Shown here in pieces: positions 28,511 to 37,491 of a DNA stretch of 64,000 nt (position 1 is the first letter of the stretch; each line of letters starts with the position of its first letter). Location of the stretch: NCBI GenBank assembly GCA_030431785.1, contig JAUIIM010000003.1:23031-87030 (forward strand). Reading direction: 5' to 3'. The notes beneath the pieces are model-generated. The model saw only the letters and a program-made list of their open reading frames with translations, was not told the origin of the DNA and searched no databases. Source of the DNA: Acidimicrobiia bacterium (GTDB lineage Bacteria > Actinomycetota > Acidimicrobiia > Spongiisociales > UBA5794). Both the position numbers and the translations under genes were made by a program.

Positions 28511-29448
28511 TCGCCTGCCTCCGATCCGATAGAGGATCCGCTCGTCTCGCCCGTCAGGGTGAGGTACGCGTCCTCGAGGCTCGACGTATCGACCCGAAGG
28601 TGGTCGGCAGCGATGCCGCGTTCGGCAAGTGACGAGAGGACCGCAAGCACCATGCTTCCGTCGCCTGTCGCTCTGACCAGGTCACCGTCGACCTCTGCCT
28701 CGGCCACGCCCGGGATCGCTCGGATCTCCTCGACGGGGAGCGGCGTAGAGGGTCGGAAGGACATCACCTGTGCGGCACCGGCAGCCCTCATCAGGCCATT
28801 CGGGGTGTCGATGGCGGCGATGCGGCCACCGTCGAGGACCATGACGCGATCGCACAAGCGCTCGACCTCGTCCATGAAGTGCGTGACGAGGATGACAGTC
28901 ACGCCAGCGTTCCGAATCTTCTCGACGGCATCCCAGGTCGACCGCCGAGCACGCGGATCGAGTCCTGTCGTCAGCTCGTCGAGGATCACGACCTCGGGTG
29001 ACCCGACGAGAGCCAGAGCTATGGACAGGCGCTGCTTCATGCCTCCCGACAGGCTCGCATATGAGGCATCCAGCTTGTCGGTCAAGCCGAACCGCTCGGC
29101 CAATTCGGCCCAATCTGCTGGCGCCTCGTAGAACGTCGAGAAGGTCTGCAGGATCTCACCCACCCGGGCTCGCTTCTGGAGGCGCGACTCTTGGAGTTGG
29201 ATGCCGAGGCGTTGTGTCAAGTCGGCGCGATCGCGGATCGGCTCGCGACCGAGCACGGTGATCGAGCCACCATCGGGTTCGCGCAGTCCACCGATGGACT
29301 CCACGAGTGTGGTCTTGCCGGCACCGTTCGGGCCGACGATGCCGAAGATCTCGCCGCCATCGATCGAGAACGTGACGTCGTCGAGCACACTGACGGACCC
29401 GTAGGACTTGGCGAGTTCCCGGACGTCGATGACGGTCGCGGCGCTCAC
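28507..29448 (-). CDS. ABC transporter ATP-binding protein (DrrA-like exporter ATPase)
   Basis: GPNGAGKTT, LSGGMKQRL, VVILDELTTGLD. GTG start. Confidence 0.9.
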   Translation of the reverse strand: MSAATVIDVRELAKSYGSVSVLDDVTFSIDGGEIFGIVGPNGAGKTTLVESIGGLREPDGGSITVLGREPIRDRADLTQRLGIQLQESRLQKRARVGEILQTFSTFYEAPADWAELAERFGLTDKLDASYASLSGGMKQRLSIALALVGSPEVVILDELTTGLDPRARRSTWDAVEKIRNAGVTVILVTHFMDEVERLCDRVMVLDGGRIAAIDTPNGLMRAAGAAQVMSFRPSTPLPVEEIRAIPGVAEAEVDGDLVRATGDGSMVLAVLSSLAERGIAADHLRVDTSSLEDAYLTLTGETSGSSIGSEAGE

Positions 29449-29862
29449 GCTGCTGCCCTACGCAATGAACTCTTGGTGTCGGGGACCGTGGGCGACACGC
29501 CGTCGTGTGCCCCGACGAGCGCTGCAAGGACGGTACTTGTCGGTCCGAGGGCGCCAAACCCTCCCAGTCTTTGTGTCAGATGCATGACAAATGCCTCTCT
29601 CATTGCTGTCCCTCACTCGAGGGCTGACACCAGCATGTCCTAGATCCGTGCTGGGCACATCAGGCTGAAGGCTAGAGCGACGTGGTCCGGCGGTCGATTC
29701 GCGCGTCGTACTTTCGGTGGATGACCGAGGTCGGATCGCCGTTCCACCCGTGGTTGGCCGAGATGCGCGCAATGGTGCCTACATGAGCTCATGCAGTCGT
29801 CGACGAAACGCAGCGATGCCAAGGGCTGCCCATTGACAAGGTAGAAGGATGATCCCGGAACC

Positions 29863-29912
29863 AGTGGCACGCCCGGAGGGACTCGAACCCCCAACCTTCT
29901 GATCCGTAGTCA
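29863..29912 (-). repeat. Duplicated 3' half of tRNA-Arg (distal att site of the island)
   Basis: 50 nt identical to 33414-33463. Covers the tRNA from the anticodon loop to CCA plus 2 nt. The 5' half is absent. Confidence 0.9.
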
Positions 29913-30033
29913 TGGGCGCGCCTCTCGTGACGACAGCGACGATCCAGGCTGCCCTCAGGCATTCCCCACTGCGCATCGCCACGTCACGCCTGCCGATAGG
30001 GGCGCCGTCGGGGCACGTTGCCAAGGCCCTGGG

Positions 30034-30052
30034 GCAGGCACGATATGCCTGC
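30034..30052. promoter_or_regulatory. Inverted repeat upstream of the island cassette (candidate operator)
   Basis: GCAGGCA-CGATA-TGCCTGC. Also a 9-nt direct repeat TGTGAAGTA at 30105-30113 and 30117-30125, the second copy reaching the A of the ATG at 30125. Confidence 0.3.
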
Positions 30053-30124
30053 TCCTCTCAGGTCAAGAGCTCGGATTCAAGTCAACGCCGCAGTTCGCCG
30101 CGAATGTGAAGTAGAGTGTGAAGT

Positions 30125-30937
30125 ATGAGTTGGACCCACTCCCCCCCGACACCCTTCGGTGACCCGTGCGAGCGAGTACCTCTTCCTGACGCGCCACTCG
30201 CGCTCGTCCTCGCGCAGGTTCGGTTCACGCCGATCGTCAGCATCGCCAACGCCGACTACATCGCCAGCTTCCAAGAGTCAATCCGCCAGAACTACCCGAT
30301 CCTGACACGCGAACTCCAGCAGCAGATTCAGCTCGGGCCACAGGGCCTGCAGACCACACCACCGCCAACTCCAGGGGTCATATGGCGCTTCGTGGACCAG
30401 GATCAGAATTGGCGCTTGTCGCTGGCTCAGGACTTCATCGCAGTCGAGACAAGTAACTACACGCACCGCGACGACTTCCATAAACGACTCGCCCAAGCGC
30501 TCACGGCACTCGAGGACCACTTGCGTCCGGGACTTACCACGCGCATTGGCGTTCGATACATGGACAGGATCGCAGGCGACATGACTACGAGGCTTGAGGA
30601 CTACGTGCGTCCTGAGTTGCTCAGCCTTGAAGCTACCGACCTTGGCTCAGCGAGACTGGATAGCGGAGTCACCGAAGCGCACTTCGCCGTGGACGATGTC
30701 GCCCTGAAGGCTCGGTGGGGTTCTCTACCGATCGGCGTTGTCCACGACCCCATCGTTCAACCGCTCGCCGACCAGAGAACCTGGGTGCTGGACCTGGACG
30801 CGTCAACAACCGATGCAGGACCGTTCGATGCCTCGGCCATTGCAGAGAGCGCCAAGAAGTTCGGTGAGGTGATCTATCGATTCTTCCGTTGGGCAGTTTC
30901 GGATGAATTCCTGAGGGAGTTCGGAGGGGACGTATGA
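30125..30937 (+). CDS. Island cassette gene 1: TIGR04255-like uncharacterised protein
   Basis: 270 aa. N-terminal PLPDAPLALVLAQVRF and the overall length resemble the TIGR04255 family as I recall it. Not verified by search. Confidence 0.65.
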   Translation: MSWTHSPPTPFGDPCERVPLPDAPLALVLAQVRFTPIVSIANADYIASFQESIRQNYPILTRELQQQIQLGPQGLQTTPPPTPGVIWRFVDQDQNWRLSLAQDFIAVETSNYTHRDDFHKRLAQALTALEDHLRPGLTTRIGVRYMDRIAGDMTTRLEDYVRPELLSLEATDLGSARLDSGVTEAHFAVDDVALKARWGSLPIGVVHDPIVQPLADQRTWVLDLDASTTDAGPFDASAIAESAKKFGEVIYRFFRWAVSDEFLREFGGDV

Positions 30938-31605
30938 CAACATTGAGCCAAGAGAAGAGCAGCACGTCATCTCTCGACCTGCATCCCATCAGCATCATCT
31001 ACAAAGGCACAGCAGCCGAACCCGACGGGACTGCGATGGTCGAGGCGACCACTTACGTTGTCGCTGGAGGCGTGGCGAAGGTCATCCACCATGAGGTCAG
31101 CGGCTGGGGCCGGATAGTGAAGGACACCTTGTCCAAGCTCTCCAGTAGCTCAGCCGGGTTCAGTGCTGATGAGCTTGTCATTGCCGTGGACAATGAGGAG
31201 CATCCCCTTCCCCATGCTGCGACTCGGGTTCGTGCTCTCTATGGGCAGTCCGGCCTGACCTGGAACCAGGTCGCGAGGATGTTCGGAGTGAGCCGACGAT
31301 CCGTCCATGCATGGGCGCGTGGCGGTCGCATGAACGCGCGGAACTCCGAGCGCCTCGCAACGATTGAGTCTGCCGTAGAAGCGAATCGAAGAGAGTCACC
31401 TAGTGCAACACGCGAGGCCCTCTTGAACGCGAGCAATGGCCCCTCTGTCTTCCAGCGCCTGACGAGCAATGCGAGAGCGCAAGCAGATCACAAGGACGAC
31501 GTGCACCGACTCCTCGCTTCGACCGCCGGCGGCGCGAGCGCACGGGGGGCGGACACATCATTCGAGAACGTTGACTGGCCGGCCACGAGCGGTGATGAGT
31601 ACTAG
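30934..31605 (+). CDS. Island cassette gene 2: protein with Xre/antitoxin-like HTH
   Basis: 223 aa. ATGA overlap with gene 1. LTWNQVARMFGVSRRSVHAWARGGRMNARNSERL. Confidence 0.65.
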   Translation: MTTLSQEKSSTSSLDLHPISIIYKGTAAEPDGTAMVEATTYVVAGGVAKVIHHEVSGWGRIVKDTLSKLSSSSAGFSADELVIAVDNEEHPLPHAATRVRALYGQSGLTWNQVARMFGVSRRSVHAWARGGRMNARNSERLATIESAVEANRRESPSATREALLNASNGPSVFQRLTSNARAQADHKDDVHRLLASTAGGASARGADTSFENVDWPATSGDEY

Positions 31606-32587
31606 GAGCAATGAAGAACCAGCTGCGCCTCTGTCTCCACTTGCGTCATGGAGGCAGGGCGATGTGGCCAAGCCTGGAGGTTTCCAGTGGTTGGCAAATG
31701 CGAACAGACCGTCTAGCGATGCGGCAGCTGAGTCGGTCGAAAGCGGCGCGGAGAACACCTTCACTGTCTGGGAGCGCTTCGAGGGCCTCGTAGTCCTCAC
31801 GCCGACCTGTGACATTCACCCGAGGGACAAAAAGGATCGGCCCTTCGTCACGGTGTGCCCGCTCGTCGAGCTTCCGGATGAAGTTGACGTAGGCAAGGCC
31901 AAGGACGGCTACCACATCCGATACGTACACGTGCCTGGAGCGTCCGATCCAGCTGCGTTTGCCGATCTTGATCGAACACAGACCATCGAAACCGGCCTCC
32001 TCGAGGAATGCGAAAGGATTCCCGGGCTACATACCGACGAAGAGCAAGCTGACTTCGCTAGAGCGGTGGCCCGCAAGTTCAATCGTTTCGCCTTCCCAGA
32101 CGCGCTGCAGAGGGCAATCAGCAAATGGCGGAACAAGGTCGTAGACAGCCACTCCAAGCCGAACAGCGCGGAGGGTCAGCTCTTTCGCGATGCACTCACC
32201 ATCCGTGCAGCCGCGGAGCCGTCCTGGAGCGAGAACAGCATCGAAGTCACCATCTACGTGATCATGCCCGACGGGTGGCTACCGGAATCCAGTCCGGCGG
32301 GTACGCGCACCGTCGGAGTCGTGGATGAGCTGGCCAGAATGCGAACCTCCGAAATCGCCAAACGCCTCGTGACCGAGTCCGATGACCAAGTTCGGCTCGA
32401 TCTCGTCGAAGCTCTCCAAGTGGGCTGGACTCGAAGGTGTAGACCGGCTGATGAGATCAGCGATGTCTCATTCGTTCTCATCGGTGCGAACGAGTTCACC
32501 TATGCAGACGTTGAGGCAAGCCAGTCGCTCGACCTGGACTTCGTTTCCGGAGAAGATGACGAAGACATCGACGATGAGGGCGACTAG
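31595..32587 (+). CDS. Island cassette gene 3: orphan protein with poly-acidic C-terminus
   Basis: 330 aa from ATG 31595 (11-nt overlap with gene 2). Ends SGEDDEDIDDEGD. No family recognised. Confidence 0.6.
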   Translation: MSTRSNEEPAAPLSPLASWRQGDVAKPGGFQWLANANRPSSDAAAESVESGAENTFTVWERFEGLVVLTPTCDIHPRDKKDRPFVTVCPLVELPDEVDVGKAKDGYHIRYVHVPGASDPAAFADLDRTQTIETGLLEECERIPGLHTDEEQADFARAVARKFNRFAFPDALQRAISKWRNKVVDSHSKPNSAEGQLFRDALTIRAAAEPSWSENSIEVTIYVIMPDGWLPESSPAGTRTVGVVDELARMRTSEIAKRLVTESDDQVRLDLVEALQVGWTRRCRPADEISDVSFVLIGANEFTYADVEASQSLDLDFVSGEDDEDIDDEGD

Positions 32588-32766
32588 TCGAGGACCTGCA
32601 AGCCAGGGTGCTGACGGGGAATCCGAAGGTCGGGCAATGGTTCGGCGGGGGCGAACTCCCTCAACCACAAGGATCACGGGTGAACTCGACTCGCCGTCAG
32701 ATGCACTCTGGGGGCGCGGGAGGGGCATAGCAGTTGATCTCGCCGCTCATCCTGGGCGATCGAGCT

Positions 32767-33117
32767 TCAGGCTGAGTCGTTCCTCGGAAGCGTTGGGAGG
32801 GCGGAGATGTGATCGATCCGTCCATCCCGATGAACGCCCGCGACCTGAACAATGCCGGACGCGCCGTTCACGACTTTGCCGAGATCATCCAGTGCTGATG
32901 CATCTGCGCTCACGGCAGCCATGATCGAGTTGGAGAGCTTGTCGATGGTGGCGTGTCCCTTGTAGGTGTTCATCGTGACGGTGATGTCGTCGTGCCCCGC
33001 CATGTCTCGGACATCACTGATCGGAACCCCCTTGTCGATCCAGATGTCCACGAAAGTCGCGCGCAGGGAGTGTGGCGTGCAGTGATCAAGGCCATTTGAC
33101 GCACCTACCCGTCTCAC
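32767..33117 (-). pseudogene. Tyrosine recombinase/integrase, C-terminal catalytic fragment only
   Basis: TPHSLRATFV (HxxR), MAGHDDITVTMNTY (H...Y). The frame is closed by a stop 11 codons upstream of the first listed residue. Only ~300 nt separate it from the tRNA. Confidence 0.75.
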
Positions 33118-33415
33118 GACACGTTTCGAGTCAGACTCGATGCGCGATCACGCCAGCTGAGGGTTACGTCCCGGGAGCTACCGGGCGCTACCGGTAGCTC
33201 CCGGTAGCTCCGCTCACGATACGACGATGCCCTCCCATGCACTCCTAGGGGCGCTGTATGGGCGCGCGACGCAAGTATGGAGTGTGGAGTCGCAAAGCCC
33301 ACGGTTGAGCCGATTGGAGCATCACCAGTTGCAATCCCTTGACAGATATCAAGAGAACACAGTGATGCCAAGGGTTTGACAGTTGTCAGGGGGACGGATT
33401 AGACCCTTGAAGGAG

Positions 33416-33492
33416 TGGCACGCCCGGAGGGACTCGAACCCCCAACCTTCTGATCCGTAGTCAGACACTCTATCCAATTGAGCTACGGGCGC
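33416..33492 (-). tRNA. tRNA-Arg (anticodon ACG)
   Basis: Minus strand GCGCCCGTAGCTCAATTGGATAGAGTGTCTGACTACGGATCAGAAGGTTGGGGGTTCGAGTCCCTCCGGGCGTGCCA folds as a cloverleaf with loop CTACGGA. Confidence 0.95.
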
Positions 33493-33614
33493 TTGGTGTG
33501 CGGTGAAGCTTACCGATGTCGGTGGGATTCCGGCCATGGCCTACCGTCGCAGGGGTACTGGAGCAACTCTGATCGTCGTGTAGCGTGGTGTCTTCACGCC
33601 ATCGAAGGACCGCC

Positions 33615-34400
33615 ATGCGCAAGACACTGATCGTCGGACTCCTCCTCGTCCTCACCACCCTGCTTGCCTCATGCAACAACACGCCGGGGACGAGCACGAC
33701 CGCCGGGGGTGAGGGGGGCGAAGCCACCACCACCGCCCCGTCGGACACGACTGCGCCCGACACCACACAGGCTCCCGACACCACCGAGGCCACGGACACC
33801 ACGCAGCCGTCCGACACGACCGTCGCCCCCGAGGACGAAGAGGACTCCGGGATCAGCCCGACAGTCTTCCTGGTGATCATCGGCATCGTCGTCCTGCTGA
33901 TCGTGCTCGGTTGGCTTCTCGGTCGGTCACGCAAACCACCGGTACCGGTGGCGGCCGCGCCTACCTCACAGACCTGGCAGGACCACCTGCGCGCTGGCTA
34001 TCAGGACGCACGGTGGCTCTACGACGGCATGAACGAGGACGTCGCCATCTGGCGAGGCAACACCATGGCCGACCCGAATGCGGCCGGCGCAAGCACGGAC
34101 CTTGCCGACCGATGGAACCAGGTCGATCCTCGGATGAACCGCGCCAGGGACAACCTCTACAGCGCGGAGGCGAGCGCACCGGACCAGCACACTGCGGACA
34201 CCATTCGCGGGGTCATCACCTCTTTGAACGGGCTCCGCTCGGCCGTCGACGCCCGGGCCAATGCACGGTTCCAGTCGGCGCAGACGCCTGACGATCCGGG
34301 AGCGACGGAACGCGAACGGATCGCCTCAACCAACCTCGCCCAGGCCAAAGCGAACTTCGGCGCCAGCCTCACAGCTGCGAGTGCTCTGATCGGCGGCTGA
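33615..34400 (+). CDS. Hypothetical lipoprotein with T/P-rich linker and an additional TM helix
   Basis: MRKTLIVGLLLVLTTLLASC lipobox. TM VFLVIIGIVVLLIVLGWLL. Confidence 0.6.
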   Translation: MRKTLIVGLLLVLTTLLASCNNTPGTSTTAGGEGGEATTTAPSDTTAPDTTQAPDTTEATDTTQPSDTTVAPEDEEDSGISPTVFLVIIGIVVLLIVLGWLLGRSRKPPVPVAAAPTSQTWQDHLRAGYQDARWLYDGMNEDVAIWRGNTMADPNAAGASTDLADRWNQVDPRMNRARDNLYSAEASAPDQHTADTIRGVITSLNGLRSAVDARANARFQSAQTPDDPGATERERIASTNLAQAKANFGASLTAASALIGG

Positions 34401-34448
34401 ACGCCTTGAAGAGTGGGGTCGCCACGCGGCGACCCCACTCCCGTTCGA

Positions 34449-35645
34449 CTAGCCAGTGCGCAATGCCTCCGTCGGAGACATCCGGGACGCACGAACTGCC
34501 GGGTACAAACCGGCAAGGCTGCCGATGATCAGTGCGGCGCCAAGGCCACCGAAGACGGCGAGCTGCGAGACGAGCACGTCCCATTCCCGGTAGCTCGACC
34601 AGATCGCCGTGATGAGATAACCGAGGCCGACACCGACGACGCCTCCGAGGATCGACAACAGCAATGCCTCCCCGAGGAACTGGACGGCGATGTGGCGTTT
34701 CGTCGCCCCGATCGCCCGACGCAGACCGATCTCGGCACGGCGCTCCAGCACCGAGATCACCATGACATTGGCGATCCCGACACCTCCGACGAACAGCGCC
34801 ACGGCACCGAGACCGAGGAACAACGCGGTCAGCGTGTCGTCGGCAGCTTCTCGTGCTTCGAGGGCATCCGTCGGTCGACTGACCTCCACCTCTTCAGGGT
34901 TGATCGGATTGGCCGTCGCTGCGAGGACACCCATCACTTCGTCGGTGTACTCGGGATCAGCGCGCACGTAGACCGTCGATGGGACACCATCCGAGTCGAA
35001 GTACTGCTCCGCAGCACCGAATCCGATGAGGGCTGCGCGATCGAGGTCGGGGCTGAGCTCGAACTCATCGAGGATGCCGATCACAGTGACCCACTCGTCA
35101 CCGAGCCATACATCACCACCGGCTTCATCGATCCCGAGACGCTCCGCCGCAACCGAGCCCAGCACGACCGTTGGGAAACTCGCACTGGCTTCGTCGAACC
35201 ATCGTCCATCGGCCACGGTTCCGGCCAACGCGTCGAGGAGTGTGATGTCGACCGCCTGCACGCTGAGCCCATTCGTCCTGTCTTCCGGCATGAGATCGGT
35301 TCGGTAGACGTTCGCATCGACACTGGCGACCGCCGCCGTCTGCTCCACCGGCCCGATCCGCGAGATCATCGGTGCCGCGGTGTCAGGAAGCTCACCAGAC
35401 CCACGACCGATTCCCTCTCCGGCCTGGACCGCGATCAGGTTGGTACCCAAACGATCCAGGGTTGCCAACAACTCCGACTTGGAGGACTCGCTGAGTCCCA
35501 GCACTGCCACCATCGCAGCGATACCAATGGCGATCCCGACTGCCGAGAGGAACGCCCTTGTCTTGCGCGATCGAAGCCCGACGGCCGCCGTCCGACCTAC
35601 GTCCGCGGCGTGCAGCTTGCTTGCGACCAGCTTCTGATCGCTCAT
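34449..35645 (-). CDS. ABC transporter permease, FtsX/MacB type
   Basis: 398 aa. N-terminal TM, large periplasmic domain, C-terminal FtsX-like 3 TM. Confidence 0.85.
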   Translation of the reverse strand: MSDQKLVASKLHAADVGRTAAVGLRSRKTRAFLSAVGIAIGIAAMVAVLGLSESSKSELLATLDRLGTNLIAVQAGEGIGRGSGELPDTAAPMISRIGPVEQTAAVASVDANVYRTDLMPEDRTNGLSVQAVDITLLDALAGTVADGRWFDEASASFPTVVLGSVAAERLGIDEAGGDVWLGDEWVTVIGILDEFELSPDLDRAALIGFGAAEQYFDSDGVPSTVYVRADPEYTDEVMGVLAATANPINPEEVEVSRPTDALEAREAADDTLTALFLGLGAVALFVGGVGIANVMVISVLERRAEIGLRRAIGATKRHIAVQFLGEALLLSILGGVVGVGLGYLITAIWSSYREWDVLVSQLAVFGGLGAALIIGSLAGLYPAVRASRMSPTEALRTG

Positions 35646-36346
35646 ATCGCTGCCCCGGCGGCCACAGTCTCGCGTTCGATCTTCCCGTCACGGATCGCGA
35701 TCGTCCGAGGCAACCCATCTGCGATCTCGCGGTCGTGTGTGATGACGATCACCGTCGTCCCCATGTCGACCAGTTCACGCAGGAGAGCCATCACCGAGTC
35801 CCCGGTGGCAGTGTCCAGGTTCCCGGTCGGTTCATCGGCGAGGACGATCTCAGGCGACCCGATGATCGCTCGCGCAACCGCGACCCGTTGGCGTTCCCCA
35901 CCCGAGAGCTTCGTGGCAAGGTGGTCCAAACGGTGCCCCATACCGACGCGGTCGAGTGCGACCGCTGCGTGGAACCGTCGCTCATCCAGTGGCAACCCGG
36001 TGTAGAGCAAGCCATCGGCGACGTTGTCGAGCGCCGTGTACCCGGACAGCAAGTGGAACTGCTGGAAGACGAAACCGATGTGACGCGACCGCAGCGATGA
36101 CAGCTTTCGATCCGACAGCTTGCTGACGTCGTAGCCGACGACCTCCACGAGACCCGAGCTTGCACGGTCCAAGGTGCCCATCACATGCAAGAGTGTGGAC
36201 TTCCCCGACCCGGACGGACCGACCACGCCGAGGAGCTCGCCTTCCTCGACGGTGAACGAGATCCCATCCACCGCACGCACGGGTGGCGTGCTGTCGTACA
36301 CCTTGACGACGTCTTCCAGCCTCAGGACGGTGCGTGATGCGCTCAT
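35642..36346 (-). CDS. ABC transporter ATP-binding protein (MacB/LolD-like)
   Basis: GPSGSGKSTL, LSGGERQRVAVARA, IVLADEPTGNLD. Confidence 0.9.
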   Translation of the reverse strand: MSASRTVLRLEDVVKVYDSTPPVRAVDGISFTVEEGELLGVVGPSGSGKSTLLHVMGTLDRASSGLVEVVGYDVSKLSDRKLSSLRSRHIGFVFQQFHLLSGYTALDNVADGLLYTGLPLDERRFHAAVALDRVGMGHRLDHLATKLSGGERQRVAVARAIIGSPEIVLADEPTGNLDTATGDSVMALLRELVDMGTTVIVITHDREIADGLPRTIAIRDGKIERETVAAGAAI

Positions 36347-37491
36347 GGCACCACGACCTGGTCGCCCGGAGCGATGTCGCCAATGACCTCGATCAAGCCA
36401 CTGGCATAGAAGCCGGTCTCGACAGGGACCAACTGTGTCCCGGAACCGATGGCGACCTCGACCGCGTATCCGCCCTCGGAGAGGGCCAGCAGGGCCTCGA
36501 CCGGCACGGCGACGACATCAGTCACACGATCGGTGATCACGGAAATCGTCACCGGCGCCTCGTCGATGCCTTCGGCGACCGACGGATCGTCCAAAGACAC
36601 GACGACGTCGAGCGTTGCCTGACCTGCTCCCGCGGTGGAGGTTGCGATGGTGGAGATCTCCTCTACGGTGCCAGTCGTGACCGTGAGGTCCGGCATGGTC
36701 ACTTCGACTTGATCGCCGACGGCGAGGCTGTCCTGTTGCGTCGTCGGCAGGTCGAACTCGATCTCCAACTCCCCGGCGGATGTGGTGAACACGGCGGTGC
36801 CGTCGTTGATGACATCGCCGACCTCGACGAGCAGCGTGTCAACGACCACGGGTTCGGCTGAGAACACGACCTCACCGAGATTGACGATCTCATCGACCGG
36901 CGCCCCGATGGCTTCTTGCCACAGTTCGACAACTGACTCCGTGATGTAGGTGAACTCTTCGTCGAGGGTCATGTCCCCGTCCTCGTCGAACCCGAGGGCG
37001 ACAAGTGCAGTCTCCAATTGGAAGATGTCGGGACCGATGTCGTCATCGCGCATCGTGCGCCAAACGGGCACATCGCCGTAGAGCAACACGACGGGTTCGT
37101 TGTCGATCCAGACGATCACGTCGCCTTGGCCGATCGTGTCACCCACCTCGGGCAAGGCCGTCACCGTCCCCGACATGCGCACGGCCATCGGATCGCCTTC
37201 CAACTGGCCGATGGTTCCTTCGTACTCCGACACCTCCTCGAGGTCTGTTCGCACGGCTTCTTCGAACTCCAATGGTTCGGCGACCGTTTCCTCATCGGCC
37301 GATTCGGTGGAGGAACCCTGTAGGGCGAACCAGATCGCCGCCGCTCCTCCGAGTACGAGTATCAGACCGACGACCCACGGGGTCTTCGACTTCCTAGGCC
37401 TCTGGTAGACAGGGGCCTTGGTCGAAGCTCCGCTGTCCGTCTTCGTCTGCGTCACCGAGTAGTCCTCCTCGTCGACAATCCGTGTGTTCAC
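36343..37491 (-). CDS. Periplasmic adaptor (HlyD/MacA-like) with peptidoglycan-binding-like segment
   Basis: GTG start in GTGA overlap with the upstream stop. N-terminal TM, then beta-barrel-type repeats. LETALVALGFDEDGD. Confidence 0.75.
   Translation of the reverse strand: MNTRIVDEEDYSVTQTKTDSGASTKAPVYQRPRKSKTPWVVGLILVLGGAAAIWFALQGSSTESADEETVAEPLEFEEAVRTDLEEVSEYEGTIGQLEGDPMAVRMSGTVTALPEVGDTIGQGDVIVWIDNEPVVLLYGDVPVWRTMRDDDIGPDIFQLETALVALGFDEDGDMTLDEEFTYITESVVELWQEAIGAPVDEIVNLGEVVFSAEPVVVDTLLVEVGDVINDGTAVFTTSAGELEIEFDLPTTQQDSLAVGDQVEVTMPDLTVTTGTVEEISTIATSTAGAGQATLDVVVSLDDPSVAEGIDEAPVTISVITDRVTDVVAVPVEALLALSEGGYAVEVAIGSGTQLVPVETGFYASGLIEVIGDIAPGDQVVVP

Larger units (their letters stand above)
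29863..33492. mobile_element. Degenerate integrated island at tRNA-Arg(ACG)
   Basis: Direct repeats at both ends, an integrase remnant next to the intact tRNA, and a three-gene cargo with visibly more A/T-ending codons than the flanks (not computed). Confidence 0.7.

Noticed and set aside
29863-29912. Possible second tRNA-Arg gene.
   Set aside because: Only the 3' ~48 nt of the tRNA is present, and the sequence diverges where the anticodon stem 5' strand should be. No cloverleaf can form. Interpreted as an att-site duplicate.
31469-31594. Upstream extension of island gene 3 (ORF listed from 31469).
   Set aside because: The extension lies wholly inside gene 2 in another frame and is Arg/Thr-rich. 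ATG 31595 gives the usual short overlap with the gene 2 stop.
33114-33371. 85-aa minus-strand ORF between the integrase fragment and the tRNA, considered as a frameshifted integrase N-terminus.
   Set aside because: Its translation has no integrase SAM-like or core-binding features, and ~300 nt is far too short for the missing ~250 aa. More likely deletion debris.
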